Assembly (NCBI GenBank): GCA_965214825.1
Contig: OZ243981.1
Location: forward strand, 658,567-722,566
From: an uncultured Pedosphaera sp.
Lineage (GTDB): Bacteria; Verrucomicrobiota; Verrucomicrobiia; Limisphaerales; AAA164-E04
Reading direction: 5' to 3'
Length of the DNA: 64,000 bases
This document shows positions 29,182 through 39,508 of the stretch, one piece after another; the stretch's first letter is position 1; the number at the start of each line of letters is the position of its first letter. The notes below the pieces were generated by a model. That model was given only the letters and a program-made list of their open reading frames with translations, did no database searches and was not told the DNA's origin. The position numbers and the translations under genes were made by a program.

Positions 29182-30198
29182 CTAGCAGTCCAGCATCGCC
29201 AAATCCGATTCCACCATAAGTATCACAAGCTCTTCAAAGCCGGTTTTAGACTCCCAACCCAGTTGTTGCTTTGCTTTGGTGGGGTTGCCCACTAAGACAT
29301 CCACCTCGGCAGGTCTTTTATAACGCGGATCTGTGCGAACAAAGTCTTGCCAACGAAGCCCGGCATGGCTGAAAGCAATCTCGAGAAACTCTCTTACAGA
29401 ATGCGTTTTTCCGGTAGCAATGACAAAATCCCCGCTTTGTTCCGCTTGCGTCATAAGCCACATGGCTTCGACATATTCTTTGGCGTATCCCCAATCTCTC
29501 CGCGCGTCCAGATTGCCGAGAACCAGTTCTTTTTCCAAGCCTTTTTTTATTTTTGCTACAGTTCGTGTAATTTTTCGTGTAACAAAATTCTCTCCCCGGC
29601 GCGGGGATTCATGGTTGAAGAGAATGCCATTGCTTGCATGAAGGCCATATGCTTCTCGGTAATTCACTGTCATCCAGTAACCCAACGCTTTAGCCACTCC
29701 GTAAGGACTACGCGGATAGAAGGGTGTGTGTTCATCTTGAGGAACAGCCTGAACCTTCCCGTACATTTCACTGGATGAGGCCTGATAAAAGCGGGCATCC
29801 GGCTTGATTTGCCGAATCGCCTCCAACAAACGCAAAGCTCCCATCCCAACAACATCCGCTGTGTATTCCGGGTTCTCAAAACTTACTTGAACATGGCTCT
29901 GCGCGGCTAAATTATATATTTCATCGGGCTGAATTTCCCTTAGAAGACTGCGAAGAGCCGAGCCGTCCAACAAGTCTCCATATCGGAGAAAAAGGCGTTT
30001 TCTTTCCCGATTACACATTTCTCCGATAGGATCAATGCGGCCTCGATTGAAAGTGCTGGTCCTTCTAACAATTCCATGAACTTGATACCCCTTATCAAGA
30101 AGAAATTCCGCCAGATAGGATCCATCCTGCCCCGTAATTCCTGTTATGAGTGCTTTTTTCAAAATGATGGCGTCTTCTAGCTTTAGTTTAGCAGACAA
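29182..30198 (-). CDS. gmd: GDP-mannose 4,6-dehydratase
   Basis: [72 protein letters not shown]. Confidence 0.92.
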   Translation of the reverse strand: MSAKLKLEDAIILKKALITGITGQDGSYLAEFLLDKGYQVHGIVRRTSTFNRGRIDPIGEMCNRERKRLFLRYGDLLDGSALRSLLREIQPDEIYNLAAQSHVQVSFENPEYTADVVGMGALRLLEAIRQIKPDARFYQASSSEMYGKVQAVPQDEHTPFYPRSPYGVAKALGYWMTVNYREAYGLHASNGILFNHESPRRGENFVTRKITRTVAKIKKGLEKELVLGNLDARRDWGYAKEYVEAMWLMTQAEQSGDFVIATGKTHSVREFLEIAFSHAGLRWQDFVRTDPRYKRPAEVDVLVGNPTKAKQQLGWESKTGFEELVILMVESDLAMLDC

Positions 30199-30202
30199 TC
30201 CG

Positions 30203-31588
30203 TCAGGTTTTCCCTATTCCCTTAATCTGAAAGCCTATCTTTTGCATGTCTCCGGTATCGAGAATGTTCCGGCCGTCAAAGAGAAACGCTGGCTTCTTCA
30301 TAGAATCAAAAATTCGTCGGTAGTTTAATTCCCGGAATTCGTCCCATTCTGTTAAGATGGCTACAGCATGGCTGCCGGAACAGGCATCATAGGGGTCGCT
30401 ATAAATTTTCAATTGCCGATCCCGCTCATCCTCCCGATTTAATTCTTTTCGGATTTGTGCTTCTTTCACCTCTGGATCGTAAACTCCGATATTCGCTTGT
30501 TCTTCCAATAAATCTAAACAGACTTTAATTGCCGGGGATTCCCTTGTGTCATTTGTATCTTTTTTGAAAGCAAAACCGAAGACGGCGATTTTCTTTCCGG
30601 ACACTGTGTTGAATAGCGCTTTGACAATGTTTCTCGCAAACCGTCGCTTTTGAAACTCGTTCATTGTCACAACTTTTTCCCAATAGTCCGCGATTTCATG
30701 CAGACCGAAATGTTCGCAGAGATAAACCAGGTTCAGCACATCTTTTTGAAAGCAGGAGCCTCCAAAACCCACAGACGCTTTTAGGAATTCAGGGCCTATT
30801 CGGCGGTCGAGGCCTAGCGATTGGGCAACTTCTTCCACATTCGCTTGGGTGGCTTCGCAAAGAGCGGAGATGGCGTTGATTGATGAAATTCTTTGTGCTA
30901 AGAATGCGTTAGCTGTCAGTTTTGAAAGTTCTGACGACCAAAGGTTTGTCTTGATAATTTTATTTGGTGGCACCCAGTTTTCGTATATCATTGACAATGT
31001 TTCCATGGCACCGCCTCCAGCTTCTGTTTCTTCCCCTCCGATAAGAATTCGGTCGGGGTAGCAAAGATTTTGGATTGCAGTTCCTTCAGCGAGAAATTCA
31101 GGATTAGAAAGGACTTGCACATCGTTTTCCGAATGGTTCTCTCGCAGGATGCGTTTGATAATGTCCGCTGTGCGCACTGGCACTGTAGATTTTTCGACGA
31201 CGATTTTTTTTCCTTTGGAGACTGCGGCAATTCTTCGGGCGCATCGTTCGACGAATTTCAGGTCGGCAGCTTTTCCTGCGCCTTCTCCATATGTTTTTGT
31301 GGGCGTGTTAACGCTAATAAAAATGATTTCTGATTTTTCGATTGCCGCGTCGATGTCCGCGCTAAAGAAAAGGTTTCTTCCTCTGATTTCTCTGATAATT
31401 TCATTCAGGCCGCGCTCGTAAACGGGAAGTTTACCTGAATTCCAGTCGGCGATTCGTTGAGCGTCGATGTCCACAACGGTCACTTCGGTTTGCGGGCATT
31501 TTTGTGCAATGACCGCCATTGTCGGCCCGCCTACGTAGCCTGCCCCGATGCAACAGATTTTCTCCGGCAATTTTCTTTTTTCTGCCAT
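30203..31588 (-). CDS. ugd: UDP-glucose 6-dehydrogenase (eukaryote-like type)
   Basis: [55 protein letters not shown] at 31588 preferred, with a longer alternative to 31669. Confidence 0.9.
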   Translation of the reverse strand: MAEKRKLPEKICCIGAGYVGGPTMAVIAQKCPQTEVTVVDIDAQRIADWNSGKLPVYERGLNEIIREIRGRNLFFSADIDAAIEKSEIIFISVNTPTKTYGEGAGKAADLKFVERCARRIAAVSKGKKIVVEKSTVPVRTADIIKRILRENHSENDVQVLSNPEFLAEGTAIQNLCYPDRILIGGEETEAGGGAMETLSMIYENWVPPNKIIKTNLWSSELSKLTANAFLAQRISSINAISALCEATQANVEEVAQSLGLDRRIGPEFLKASVGFGGSCFQKDVLNLVYLCEHFGLHEIADYWEKVVTMNEFQKRRFARNIVKALFNTVSGKKIAVFGFAFKKDTNDTRESPAIKVCLDLLEEQANIGVYDPEVKEAQIRKELNREDERDRQLKIYSDPYDACSGSHAVAILTEWDEFRELNYRRIFDSMKKPAFLFDGRNILDTGDMQKIGFQIKGIGKT

Positions 31589-31783
31589 TTGGGTTGTCTT
31601 TTCGGGAACTCCCGTTTTAATTGACACTTCGTGCCCGTCGGTTCGTCCGGCTTTTTTCGTTTCGGCCAAATCTGCTTCTATTTCGTTTCGGACTTTTCAA
31701 CCTTTTCCCGGCTTCGTTGTCAAGGAAAGACTCGTTGTCTCCGGCGTTTTTCTCTATTCTTGTTTCGGGAATGTTTTGCCACC

Positions 31784-32599
31784 ATGAAGCCGTTTTGTTC
31801 GGAGCTTTCGCTTCCTCATCGCCCGCCGAAGTGCCTGACGATCGCCGGGTTTGACCCTTTTTCCTTTGCTGGGGTGACTGCGGATCTTCGGACTTTTTCG
31901 TCTTTGGGTGTGTTTGGAGTGTCTGTGATTACGGCGCTCACAGTGCAGTCTCCCCTTCGGTTCGACCGCTGTTCCTTCGTGGATGCGGAACTTTTCTCTC
32001 AACAGATTGAGTCGATTTTGGAGCAATTCGGGCCTTTGCCAACCAAAATTGGCATTGTGGCTTCTCCGGAGCTTGCCGGAGTTCTCGTAGAGCGGCTTTG
32101 TTCTTCGCCGTCGGCTTTCATCGTTTTAGACCCGGTTCTTTCGCCTTCTGCCGGGGCTGGTTTTTCTTTCTCTTCGTTCTACTCGGTGACAATGGAGCGC
32201 CTGTTTCCTTTGATTTCTGTGGTCACGCCGAACATTCCCGAAGCAGAGGCCATTCTCGGCCGTTCGATACGGGATTCCGATTCCATGTCCGCTGCTGCCA
32301 CTGAGATACATGGTCGTTTCGGCTGTTCTGTTCTTATTAAAGGCGGCCATCTCCCTGTTGAAAGCGATCCTTGCGATCTTCTTTGTCATGACCGCCGGAT
32401 TTACCGATTTGATTCTCCGCGGGCGGCAGTGGGTTCCGTGCACGGTTCTGGCTGTTTTCTTTCGGCTTCCATCGTGGCTTTTTCGGCACTTGGCCAAGAT
32501 ATTCCCCAAGCCATCGGAAGTGCCAAGAAGCACATTTCCAAGGCATTTTCGGCTCCGGTTGACATTGGAGGCTTTCCGCTGCTGCATTCTTCTCCCTGA
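31784..32599 (+). CDS. thiD: hydroxymethylpyrimidine/phosphomethylpyrimidine kinase
   Basis: CLTIAGFDPFSFAGVTADLRTFSSLGVFGVSVITALTVQ..IVLDPVL..VTPNIPEAEAILG..VLIKGGHL. ATG at 31784. Confidence 0.8.
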   Translation: MKPFCSELSLPHRPPKCLTIAGFDPFSFAGVTADLRTFSSLGVFGVSVITALTVQSPLRFDRCSFVDAELFSQQIESILEQFGPLPTKIGIVASPELAGVLVERLCSSPSAFIVLDPVLSPSAGAGFSFSSFYSVTMERLFPLISVVTPNIPEAEAILGRSIRDSDSMSAAATEIHGRFGCSVLIKGGHLPVESDPCDLLCHDRRIYRFDSPRAAVGSVHGSGCFLSASIVAFSALGQDIPQAIGSAKKHISKAFSAPVDIGGFPLLHSSP

Positions 32600-32604
32600 G
32601 CATT

Positions 32605-33747
32605 ATGCGAAATATCTATCTTGATTACAATGCCACAACGCCGCTGGATTCGGTTGTCCTTGAAGCGATGACTTCAGCTTTGGCCGAATACGGCAATCCT
32701 TCCAGCGTTCACCGTGTTGGGCGGGCGGCTCGCGCTGTTTTGGATGACTGCCGCTACCGAGTTGCCGCTCTCTGGCAGTGCAAGCCTTCCGAGGTCATCT
32801 TCACTTCCGGCGGCACGGAAAGCAACAACCTTGCAGTTTTCGGTGCCGCCCGGGCCTTGGCCTCTCAGAGGAAGCACTTAATCACTTCGGCTGTTGAGCA
32901 CCCCGCTGTCCTCCATGCCTTCCGGCATTTGGCGGCTTCTGACGACTTTGAACTCAGCATTCTTCCGGTTGATTCCGAAGGACTGGTTCAACCTGAAGAC
33001 CTTTCAGCGGCAATTCGGCCTGACACCATTTTGGTCTCTGTGATGGCAGCCAATAATGAGACGGGTGCGATCCAGCCTTACTCAGAGCTTTCGCTCATTT
33101 GCAGGGAGCGGGAGGTTCTTTTTCATTGCGACGCTGTTCAAGCTATCGGCAAGCTTGAATTTCAGTCGATTCATCAATTTGGCGCGGATCTTGTGTCGGT
33201 TTGCTCGCACAAGCTGCACGGACCCAAAGGCATTGGCGCTCTTTTTTCCCGGTCTCCTCTCCGCCTCGTTCCACTCCTTCACGGCGGCGCCCATGAGAGT
33301 GAGACCCGCGCTGGAACGGAAAATCTTGCCGCCATTGTCGGGTTCACCCTTGCTCTGGAGCGGTTTTCCCGGAATCCAGTCTTCGATCCTTTCCTTCTCC
33401 GCCCGCTTTCAGAATCTCTGATTGCTTCTCTTTCCTCGCTGCCGGGCATTTCCTTTCAAGGCGCGAGAAATCGCCGCCTGGCCAACACGGCTGCATTCAC
33501 GGTTGACGGCTGGGACAGCATCTCCTTGCTGGCCGCTTTGGACCTCGAAGGCATTTGCGCTTCCAGCGGTTCAGCTTGCTCGGCGGGTTCGCTTGAGCCA
33601 TCCCACGTGCTCTCAGCAATGGGGCTTCCGCGGAGCCGGGCGAATTCGCTGATTCGCTTGTCTCTTGGCCAAGAAACCACTGAAGAGGAGATTCATCGCA
33701 CCGTTGAGGTTTTCCAGTCCATTTTGACAGCCACACCGGCTTCCTGA
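32605..33747 (+). CDS. cysteine desulfurase (class V aminotransferase, NifS/IscS family)
   Basis: IYLDYNATTPLD..FTSGGTESNNLA..SVCSHKLHGPKGIGALF (PLP lysine context)..SSGSACSAGS. Confidence 0.88.
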   Translation: MRNIYLDYNATTPLDSVVLEAMTSALAEYGNPSSVHRVGRAARAVLDDCRYRVAALWQCKPSEVIFTSGGTESNNLAVFGAARALASQRKHLITSAVEHPAVLHAFRHLAASDDFELSILPVDSEGLVQPEDLSAAIRPDTILVSVMAANNETGAIQPYSELSLICREREVLFHCDAVQAIGKLEFQSIHQFGADLVSVCSHKLHGPKGIGALFSRSPLRLVPLLHGGAHESETRAGTENLAAIVGFTLALERFSRNPVFDPFLLRPLSESLIASLSSLPGISFQGARNRRLANTAAFTVDGWDSISLLAALDLEGICASSGSACSAGSLEPSHVLSAMGLPRSRANSLIRLSLGQETTEEEIHRTVEVFQSILTATPAS

Positions 33748-33953
33748 CACTGTCAACAACTCACCGCTGGCCGCAGGATTCAATTGCCAATAACCTGTCC
33801 AAAGATTTGCTGACGTCTTTTTGACATACTTTTCAACGGTCTTGATGCTGCGTTTTTCTCTGCGATAATCTTGACATTGGGACTTGGATGCCTTATTCAC
33901 AGGATTTATTATTAAGCTCTTTTTATTCAAAAACGCTTTATTAAGCCCATCAA

Positions 33954-35063
33954 ATGAAAATACAGATTGACAAAGAACAGCTGGTTGCCGGTTTGCAATC
34001 GGTGCAGAATGTTATTTCCAGCCGAACAACCCTTCCAATTCTGTCCAACGTTTTACTGCAGGCAGCCGACGGCAAGTTGGTTCTGACGGCGACTGATTTA
34101 GACATGACGATATCCCGAAGCGTCGATGTGATCGTCAAAAAGGGCGGCTCCACAACCTTCCCAGCAAAGAAACTGTTCGGCATTGTCCGGGAACTGACGA
34201 CTCCGGTAATCGATTTGGAGATCGACGCTAGGAATGTCTGCACCATTGAAGCGGGCGCGTCGTTTTTCAAGATTCATGGATTGTCGGCGGATGAGTTCCC
34301 CCAGTTGCCCAAGATTGATGATGAGAAAGAAATCACTCTCGAACAGGGCAAGCTATTGTCGATACTGCGGCGGACATCTTACGCGGCGTCCACGGAGGAG
34401 ACCCGCTATGTTCTAAACGGCGTCTTCTTCTGCTTAGAAGGCGGGAAAGTCACGACAGTGGCTACAGATGGGCGGCGATTGGCGATGGTGGAGGAGGAGT
34501 CCGAAGTGGACGAAAAGAACCAGGGGAAGTTCATCGTGCCGACCAAAGCCATCCACGAGCTAAGCCGTTTGTTGGGAACGAAGGCTAAGGTGAAACTGCG
34601 GCATTCCGAAAATCAGGCCTTGTTCACCTTGATTCAGGAGGACGGGGAGGAAGTCTTTCTCATAACAAAGTTGATTGAGGGCAAATACCCCAACTACCAG
34701 CAAGTTGTCCCGAAGCAGAGCAAGGAGAGAATCACGCTCGAGAGGGAGGAATTCCTGCAAGCGTTGAGGCGGGCGGCAATCATGACGAGTGAGAAAGCGA
34801 ATTCAGTGAAGCTGGAGATTGGCAAAAACAGTCTCCTGATTAAGGCCAATACGCCGGAAGTCGGCGAGGCTAGGGAAAGTCTTACCATTAACCACGAAGG
34901 CGGCGAGCTGGCGATTGCGTTTAATCCGCAGTATTTGATGGACGCCTTGAAGGCGTTGGAAGAGGACAAGGTTTATTTTGAGCTTTCAGACGAGCTCAGC
35001 CCCGGTGTTTTGAAGGTGGACAGTCCTTTTCTCTATGTGATTATGCCAATGCGGATGAGTTGA
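33954..35063 (+). CDS. dnaN: DNA polymerase III beta sliding clamp
   Basis: MKIQIDKEQLVAGLQSVQNVISSRTTLPILSNVLLQAADGKLVLTATDLDM. Three-domain length of 369 aa. Confidence 0.92.
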   Translation: MKIQIDKEQLVAGLQSVQNVISSRTTLPILSNVLLQAADGKLVLTATDLDMTISRSVDVIVKKGGSTTFPAKKLFGIVRELTTPVIDLEIDARNVCTIEAGASFFKIHGLSADEFPQLPKIDDEKEITLEQGKLLSILRRTSYAASTEETRYVLNGVFFCLEGGKVTTVATDGRRLAMVEEESEVDEKNQGKFIVPTKAIHELSRLLGTKAKVKLRHSENQALFTLIQEDGEEVFLITKLIEGKYPNYQQVVPKQSKERITLEREEFLQALRRAAIMTSEKANSVKLEIGKNSLLIKANTPEVGEARESLTINHEGGELAIAFNPQYLMDALKALEEDKVYFELSDELSPGVLKVDSPFLYVIMPMRMS

Positions 35064-35251
35064 GGTGCTTACCAGGATTGAATGGATTCTGATTTGAAGA
35101 GGGCTTCAACAGTTGCATGGAAGTGGGGATCCTCATCTGAATCCATTTCGACAACTGAGGCCGAGTGTTCAAGCCGGGCAGCGAGGAATGAGGCCAGCGA
35201 GTCGAATCGGGAGGCTTGAAAAAAGCAGATTTTGGGGGAGGTGTCCAAGGG

Positions 35252-35665
35252 TCAAAAGAGTTCGCTGGCCTTGAAAAAACGGCGGAGTTCAGCGGCGGCA
35301 GCTTCGGGGGAATCAGAGGCATGAGCGATGTTTTTCATTTTGTCTGTCCCATAATCGCCGCGGATGGAGCCTTTGGGCGCCGCGGTGGAGTCTGTGGGGC
35401 CAAGGTGGGCGCGGACAGTTTCGATGCAGTTGGCGCCTTCCAGTGCAAGGGCGATTATGGGTGTTGATTGCATAAAGGCGAGTATCTCGGAGAAAAAGGG
35501 TTTGTCCGCTAAGTGGGCGTAATGCTCCTTGAGAAGAGCGTCGGAAGGCGCCAGCATTTTGCACCCCCTGATGCGCAGTCCGAGAGCTTCGAACCGCCGA
35601 ATCCCTTCGCCGACGAGTTTTTTTTCGACGCAGTCGGGTTTCAATAGGACAACCGTCGTCTCCAT
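35252..35665 (-). CDS. ndk: nucleoside diphosphate kinase
   Basis: METTVVLLKPDCV..HYAHLADKPFF..GPTDS..GSIRGDYG..NIAHASDS. ATG at 35665. Confidence 0.92.
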   Translation of the reverse strand: METTVVLLKPDCVEKKLVGEGIRRFEALGLRIRGCKMLAPSDALLKEHYAHLADKPFFSEILAFMQSTPIIALALEGANCIETVRAHLGPTDSTAAPKGSIRGDYGTDKMKNIAHASDSPEAAAAELRRFFKASELF

Positions 35666-35681
35666 ATAGTGAAAAGGGAAC

Positions 35682-36479
35682 CTAACGTTTTGGCGAAGCA
35701 GGGCAAGGATTTTTGCTTGTTTGGAGGGAGCGGTTGAAGGCGACTGCGTCAGCGTAACGGATGCCGGAACCACCGAAGATGTCGAGGGCGGAGCCGATGG
35801 TGAGATCAACGCGGCCGTTGCTTCGTTGGTGGACGAGGCAAAGGTCGTCGAGTGATTTAGCGCCGCCGGCGTAGGTGACAGGCAAAGGGCTGGCCTGCGT
35901 CAGAATATCCACCAGCTCCCAGTCAATCCCTTGGCAAAGCCCTTCGACATCGACAGCGTGGACGAGAAACTCCGAGCAGTAATCCCCGATGTTTTTTAGG
36001 GATTCAGCGGTGATTTCCAAGGAAGTGACGGTTTGCCAACGATTAGCTGTGACGAAATAGCGGCTGCCCTGTGGGCGGCAACTGAGATCCATAACCAAGC
36101 GGTTTTGGCCAATTAGAGTCGAGAGGACTGTGAGTTTTTCGAAGTTGAATTGCCCCTCATCGAACAGCCAGGAGGTGGCGATGATTTGGGAAGCGCCGGC
36201 ATCGAGGAAGGCAAAGGCGTTGTCGGGAGTGATGCCGCCTCCAATCTGAAGACCGCCGGGAAAGGCTCGGAGAGCGGAACAAGCTGCGACTTCGTTTCCG
36301 GGTCCGAGCATGATGACATGGCCGCCGAACAGTGAATCTTGCCGGTAAAGGCCAGCGAACCAGGAACTCGGACGCTCGGAGACGAAATTGGTTTGCAAGC
36401 CAGCTTCATCGGCGGAGAAGGTGCTGCCGACAATCTGTTTCACTTTGCCTCGGTGCAAGTCAATGCAAGGTCGGAACAT
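35682..36479 (-). CDS. hisA: ProFAR isomerase, eukaryote (HIS6)-type HisA
   Basis: MFRPCIDLHRGKVKQIVG..TNFVSERPSSWFAGLY..IGGGI..TSWLF..VMDLSCR..ANRWQT..FLVHAVDVEGLCQGID..YAGGAKSLDDL aligns along its length with my recollection of yeast His6. Confidence 0.85.
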   Translation of the reverse strand: MFRPCIDLHRGKVKQIVGSTFSADEAGLQTNFVSERPSSWFAGLYRQDSLFGGHVIMLGPGNEVAACSALRAFPGGLQIGGGITPDNAFAFLDAGASQIIATSWLFDEGQFNFEKLTVLSTLIGQNRLVMDLSCRPQGSRYFVTANRWQTVTSLEITAESLKNIGDYCSEFLVHAVDVEGLCQGIDWELVDILTQASPLPVTYAGGAKSLDDLCLVHQRSNGRVDLTIGSALDIFGGSGIRYADAVAFNRSLQTSKNPCPASPKR

Positions 36480-36642
36480 GGCAATCGGCCGGGCGGGCCG
36501 TTGGCGACAAATTACCGCCAAAAACCGTTGGGTCAAAAGAAAAGATTGCCTGGAAGAGAGCGGCACCAATCACCTGGAGAAAATCCGGCGTTAAAGGATT
36601 TGACAGCTCGACTTAAAGCGTTACTCTCCTCCCGGTTCAGCT

Positions 36643-37488
36643 ATGAGACTTGGAATTAATACCTTTTTGTTCACCTCGCCCTTCACTACCCGGAGCGTCA
36701 GGCTGTTTCCCACCTTTAAGAGTTGGGGCTTTGAAACAGTCGAAATTCCGGTGGAAGTTCCGGCGCATATCCAGCCCGGAAAAGTCAAGGCTGCCTTAGA
36801 CGCAAATGGATTGGTTTGCGGTTCGGTTTGCGCCTGCATGGGACCGGACCGAGACCTGCGAGGGACGGTGGAGCAGCAGAAGACCGGGCTGGATTACATG
36901 ACGGCTTTGATGGATCAAATGGTGATGCTGGATTGCCCGTCGCTGATCGGCCCGGTTTATTCCGCCGTTGGAAGAGCCGACGCCGTCCCAGCGAGAGAAG
37001 CTCGGACGCAATGGAAAACCGTTGTGAAAAATCTTAAACAACTGGCGGCATATGCGGAAGGAAAGGGCCGGACCATCTGCCTGGAGCCGTTGAATCGCTT
37101 TGAGACGGACTTCATCAACACCTGCGAGCAGGGACTGAAAATGATTGAGGAGGTTGGCAGCCCGGCGCTTAAACTCCACTTGGACACCTTCCATATGAAC
37201 ATTGAAGAAAAGAACCAGGCGAAGGCCATCAAAAAAGCCGGGAGGGCGCTGGGGCATTTTCATGCCTGCGGCAGCGATCGCGGCACACCCGGCGGCGATC
37301 ATATCGATTGGAAATCTATTGCCGCGGCGCTGAAATCCATTCGATACAAAGGTGACGTTGTGATCGAATCCTTCACGACCGATGTGAAAGTCATCGCCCG
37401 CGCGGCGGCCATCTGGCGGCGGATTGAACCCACTCGGGACGAAATCGCCGTGAAAGGCTTGAAGTTTCTCAAGAAGACATTGAAGTAA
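36643..37488 (+). CDS. sugar phosphate isomerase/epimerase (xylose isomerase-like TIM barrel)
   Basis: MRLGINTFLF..GFETVEIPV..ICLEPLNRFETDFINT..LHLDTFHMNIEE..GHFHACGSDRGTPG. Confidence 0.8.
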   Translation: MRLGINTFLFTSPFTTRSVRLFPTFKSWGFETVEIPVEVPAHIQPGKVKAALDANGLVCGSVCACMGPDRDLRGTVEQQKTGLDYMTALMDQMVMLDCPSLIGPVYSAVGRADAVPAREARTQWKTVVKNLKQLAAYAEGKGRTICLEPLNRFETDFINTCEQGLKMIEEVGSPALKLHLDTFHMNIEEKNQAKAIKKAGRALGHFHACGSDRGTPGGDHIDWKSIAAALKSIRYKGDVVIESFTTDVKVIARAAAIWRRIEPTRDEIAVKGLKFLKKTLK

Positions 37489-37512
37489 CAAACGCAACCA
37501 GAAAAAAACACT

Positions 37513-38526
37513 ATGAACCTGTTGATAAAAAAAACTCTTGGCACGCTGCTTCTGTTGCCGTTGGCCGTCACTCTGGTGGATGAAGCAGCCTCACAAGAAA
37601 AAGGCTTTTTCCCTCTGTTTGACGGCAAGACTTTGGACAACTGGGATGGAAACCCGGAATTCTGGTCGGTGGAGGACGGCGCATTGACCGGAACCACCAC
37701 TAGGGAAAATCCCGTCAAAGGGAATACCTTTCTTATATGGCGCGGCGGCGAAGTGGACGACTTCGAGTTGCGCTTGAAGGTCAAAATTATTGGGGGCAAT
37801 ACAGGAATCCAATACCGGAGCGAAGACCGAGGCCAGTGGGTTGTGGCTGGTTATCAAGCGGATTTCGAGGCTGGCATCACATTTTCGGGGATTCTCTACC
37901 ACGAGAGAGGCCGGGGGATTTTGGCTCGAAGAGGGCAAAAAACCATGGTGACGAATGAAAACGGCAAACACAAAGTAACTGTCGTCAAATCCTTAGGCGA
38001 ATCCGCCGACATCCAGGCAGTCATCAAGCCAGAGCAATGGAATGACTACACCATCATCGCCAAAGGCTACGAGTTTACCCATCTCATCAACGGAAGAATC
38101 ACTGTGGAAGTTACCGATTTGGATGAGAAAAGCCGGAAATCCAGTGGGATTTTGGCCCTGCAATTGCACGCCGGCCCCCCGATGCGCGTTCAATACAAAG
38201 ACATCCGCATCAACCCCTTCAAAGGCATCAATGTGAGCGGCAAGTGGCAATTTCGAGTGGCTTCCGATTGGGGGACAGGCGAGCCGGCTTTTGATCTGAA
38301 GCAGGAAGGGGAACAGGTGACGGGGACATACACGGGCTTGTTTGGCACGCTGCCCGTGACGGGGTCGGTGAAAGGCAATCGCCTGTCGATACAAATCAAA
38401 GGCGACTACAACGGACAAACTGTCGTCTCAAAATACGAAGGCAGCATCACCGGGTTCCATTCCATGGAGGGAACTGTGAATTTCAACGAACAATTTGAAG
38501 CGACATGGACAGCAAAGAAGCATTAG
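37513..38526 (+). CDS. DUF1080 (3-keto-disaccharide hydrolase-like) domain protein, secreted
   Basis: Signal peptide, then GFFPLFDGKTLDNWDGNPEFWSVEDGALTG..NTFLIW..DFELRLKVKI..GNTGIQYRS..LALQLH. Confidence 0.8.
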   Translation: MNLLIKKTLGTLLLLPLAVTLVDEAASQEKGFFPLFDGKTLDNWDGNPEFWSVEDGALTGTTTRENPVKGNTFLIWRGGEVDDFELRLKVKIIGGNTGIQYRSEDRGQWVVAGYQADFEAGITFSGILYHERGRGILARRGQKTMVTNENGKHKVTVVKSLGESADIQAVIKPEQWNDYTIIAKGYEFTHLINGRITVEVTDLDEKSRKSSGILALQLHAGPPMRVQYKDIRINPFKGINVSGKWQFRVASDWGTGEPAFDLKQEGEQVTGTYTGLFGTLPVTGSVKGNRLSIQIKGDYNGQTVVSKYEGSITGFHSMEGTVNFNEQFEATWTAKKH

Positions 38527-38588
38527 AGCAAAGGAAAGGTCTCCGACTGGGAGATTGGAGAGGCATTGAGGGCGCAGAAGTGGTGGCG

Positions 38589-39506
38589 ATGTTTACCGCA
38601 AAATGGGGCTTGTTTCTGCTGTTTTTGGCGGCACTGGCGGCCGGAGATTCTTTGGAGGCGGCGTCCAAACGAATCGTCATCGTTGCCGGGAAGCCCAGCC
38701 ACGGCATTTTGCAGCACGAACACAACGCCGGTAGCCTCTTGTTGAAGCGCTGCTTAGCTTCTATCCCCGATTTGGAGGTCAAGGTTTATCAAAATGGCTG
38801 GCCGCAAATTGATAATCCCTTTGCCGGCGCCAATGCCATTGTCTTTTTTGTTACCGGCGGCAGAGCGCATCCGGCGATTCAAGGCGACCGCCTTGGCCAG
38901 TTGAAGCCTTTGATGGACGAAGGAGTTGGGTTTGGCTGCATTCACTACGGTGTGGAAGTCCCGGCCAAGAAGGGAGGCGCGGAGTTTCTGGACTGGATGG
39001 GCGGCTATTTCGAGGTCAACTGGTCAGTCAATCCCCATTGGGACGCCGATTTCAAGCAGATTCCAAAGCATCCGATTACGCGCGGCGTTCAACCCTTCAA
39101 AATACGCGATGAATGGTATTTTCATATGCGCTTTTCGCCAGGGATGAAAGGCGTTGTTCCGATTCTGTCGGCTATCCCGCCGGCAGAAACCATGAACCGG
39201 CCCGACGGGCATCACAGTGGCAATCCCGCCGTCAGAAAAGCAGTCGCCGCCGGCCGCCGGCAACACGTCGCCTGGGCCTACACCCGGCCGAACGGCGGAC
39301 GGGGTTTCGGCTTCACCGGAGCGCACAATCACTTGAACTGGGGCGATTCCAACTTCCGAAAAGTCGTGTTAAACGCGCTGTTATGGCTGACGAAATGCGA
39401 AGTGCCCCCAAACGGCGTCGAATGCGAAGTGACAGAGGAGGATTTAATGGAGAATCTGGACCCGAAAAGGGGCCGAAAGCCGCCAATACGAGTACAGCAA
39501 CGGTAA
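38589..39506 (+). CDS. ThuA domain protein, secreted
   Basis: Signal peptide MFTAKWGLFLLFLAALAAG. KRIVIVAGKPSHG..HEHNAG..IHYGVEV..HPITRGVQPFKIRDEWYFHMRF. Confidence 0.8.
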   Translation: MFTAKWGLFLLFLAALAAGDSLEAASKRIVIVAGKPSHGILQHEHNAGSLLLKRCLASIPDLEVKVYQNGWPQIDNPFAGANAIVFFVTGGRAHPAIQGDRLGQLKPLMDEGVGFGCIHYGVEVPAKKGGAEFLDWMGGYFEVNWSVNPHWDADFKQIPKHPITRGVQPFKIRDEWYFHMRFSPGMKGVVPILSAIPPAETMNRPDGHHSGNPAVRKAVAAGRRQHVAWAYTRPNGGRGFGFTGAHNHLNWGDSNFRKVVLNALLWLTKCEVPPNGVECEVTEEDLMENLDPKRGRKPPIRVQQR

Positions 39507-39508
39507 AA

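Noticed and set aside
31589-31783. A TPP riboswitch upstream of thiD.
   Set aside because: The spacer lacks the conserved CTGAGA and ACCTGATCTGGATAATGCCAGCG-like elements. It is a short T-rich divergent promoter region.
33748-33953. A replication origin upstream of dnaN.
   Set aside because: dnaA is not adjacent (a cysteine desulfurase gene is). I saw no cluster of TTATCCACA-like boxes in the spacer. The only close match (ttatccact near 26635) lies inside a coding region.
35081-35147. An imperfect 13-bp inverted repeat (aatggattctgat / atctgaatccatt) with a nested ttgaag-aggg-cttcaa hairpin between the convergent dnaN and ndk genes, as a bidirectional terminator.
   Set aside because: The outer stem encloses a 41-nt loop and has a mismatch. 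There are no U or A tracts on either side. It is plausible but too weak to annotate.
39113-39508. The N-terminal 132 codons of the 810-aa ORF 39113..41545.
   Set aside because: They overlap the ThuA gene in another frame and have a shadow-like Arg/Ser-rich composition. A signal-peptide-bearing start (ATG 39509 or 39530) follows directly after the ThuA stop.
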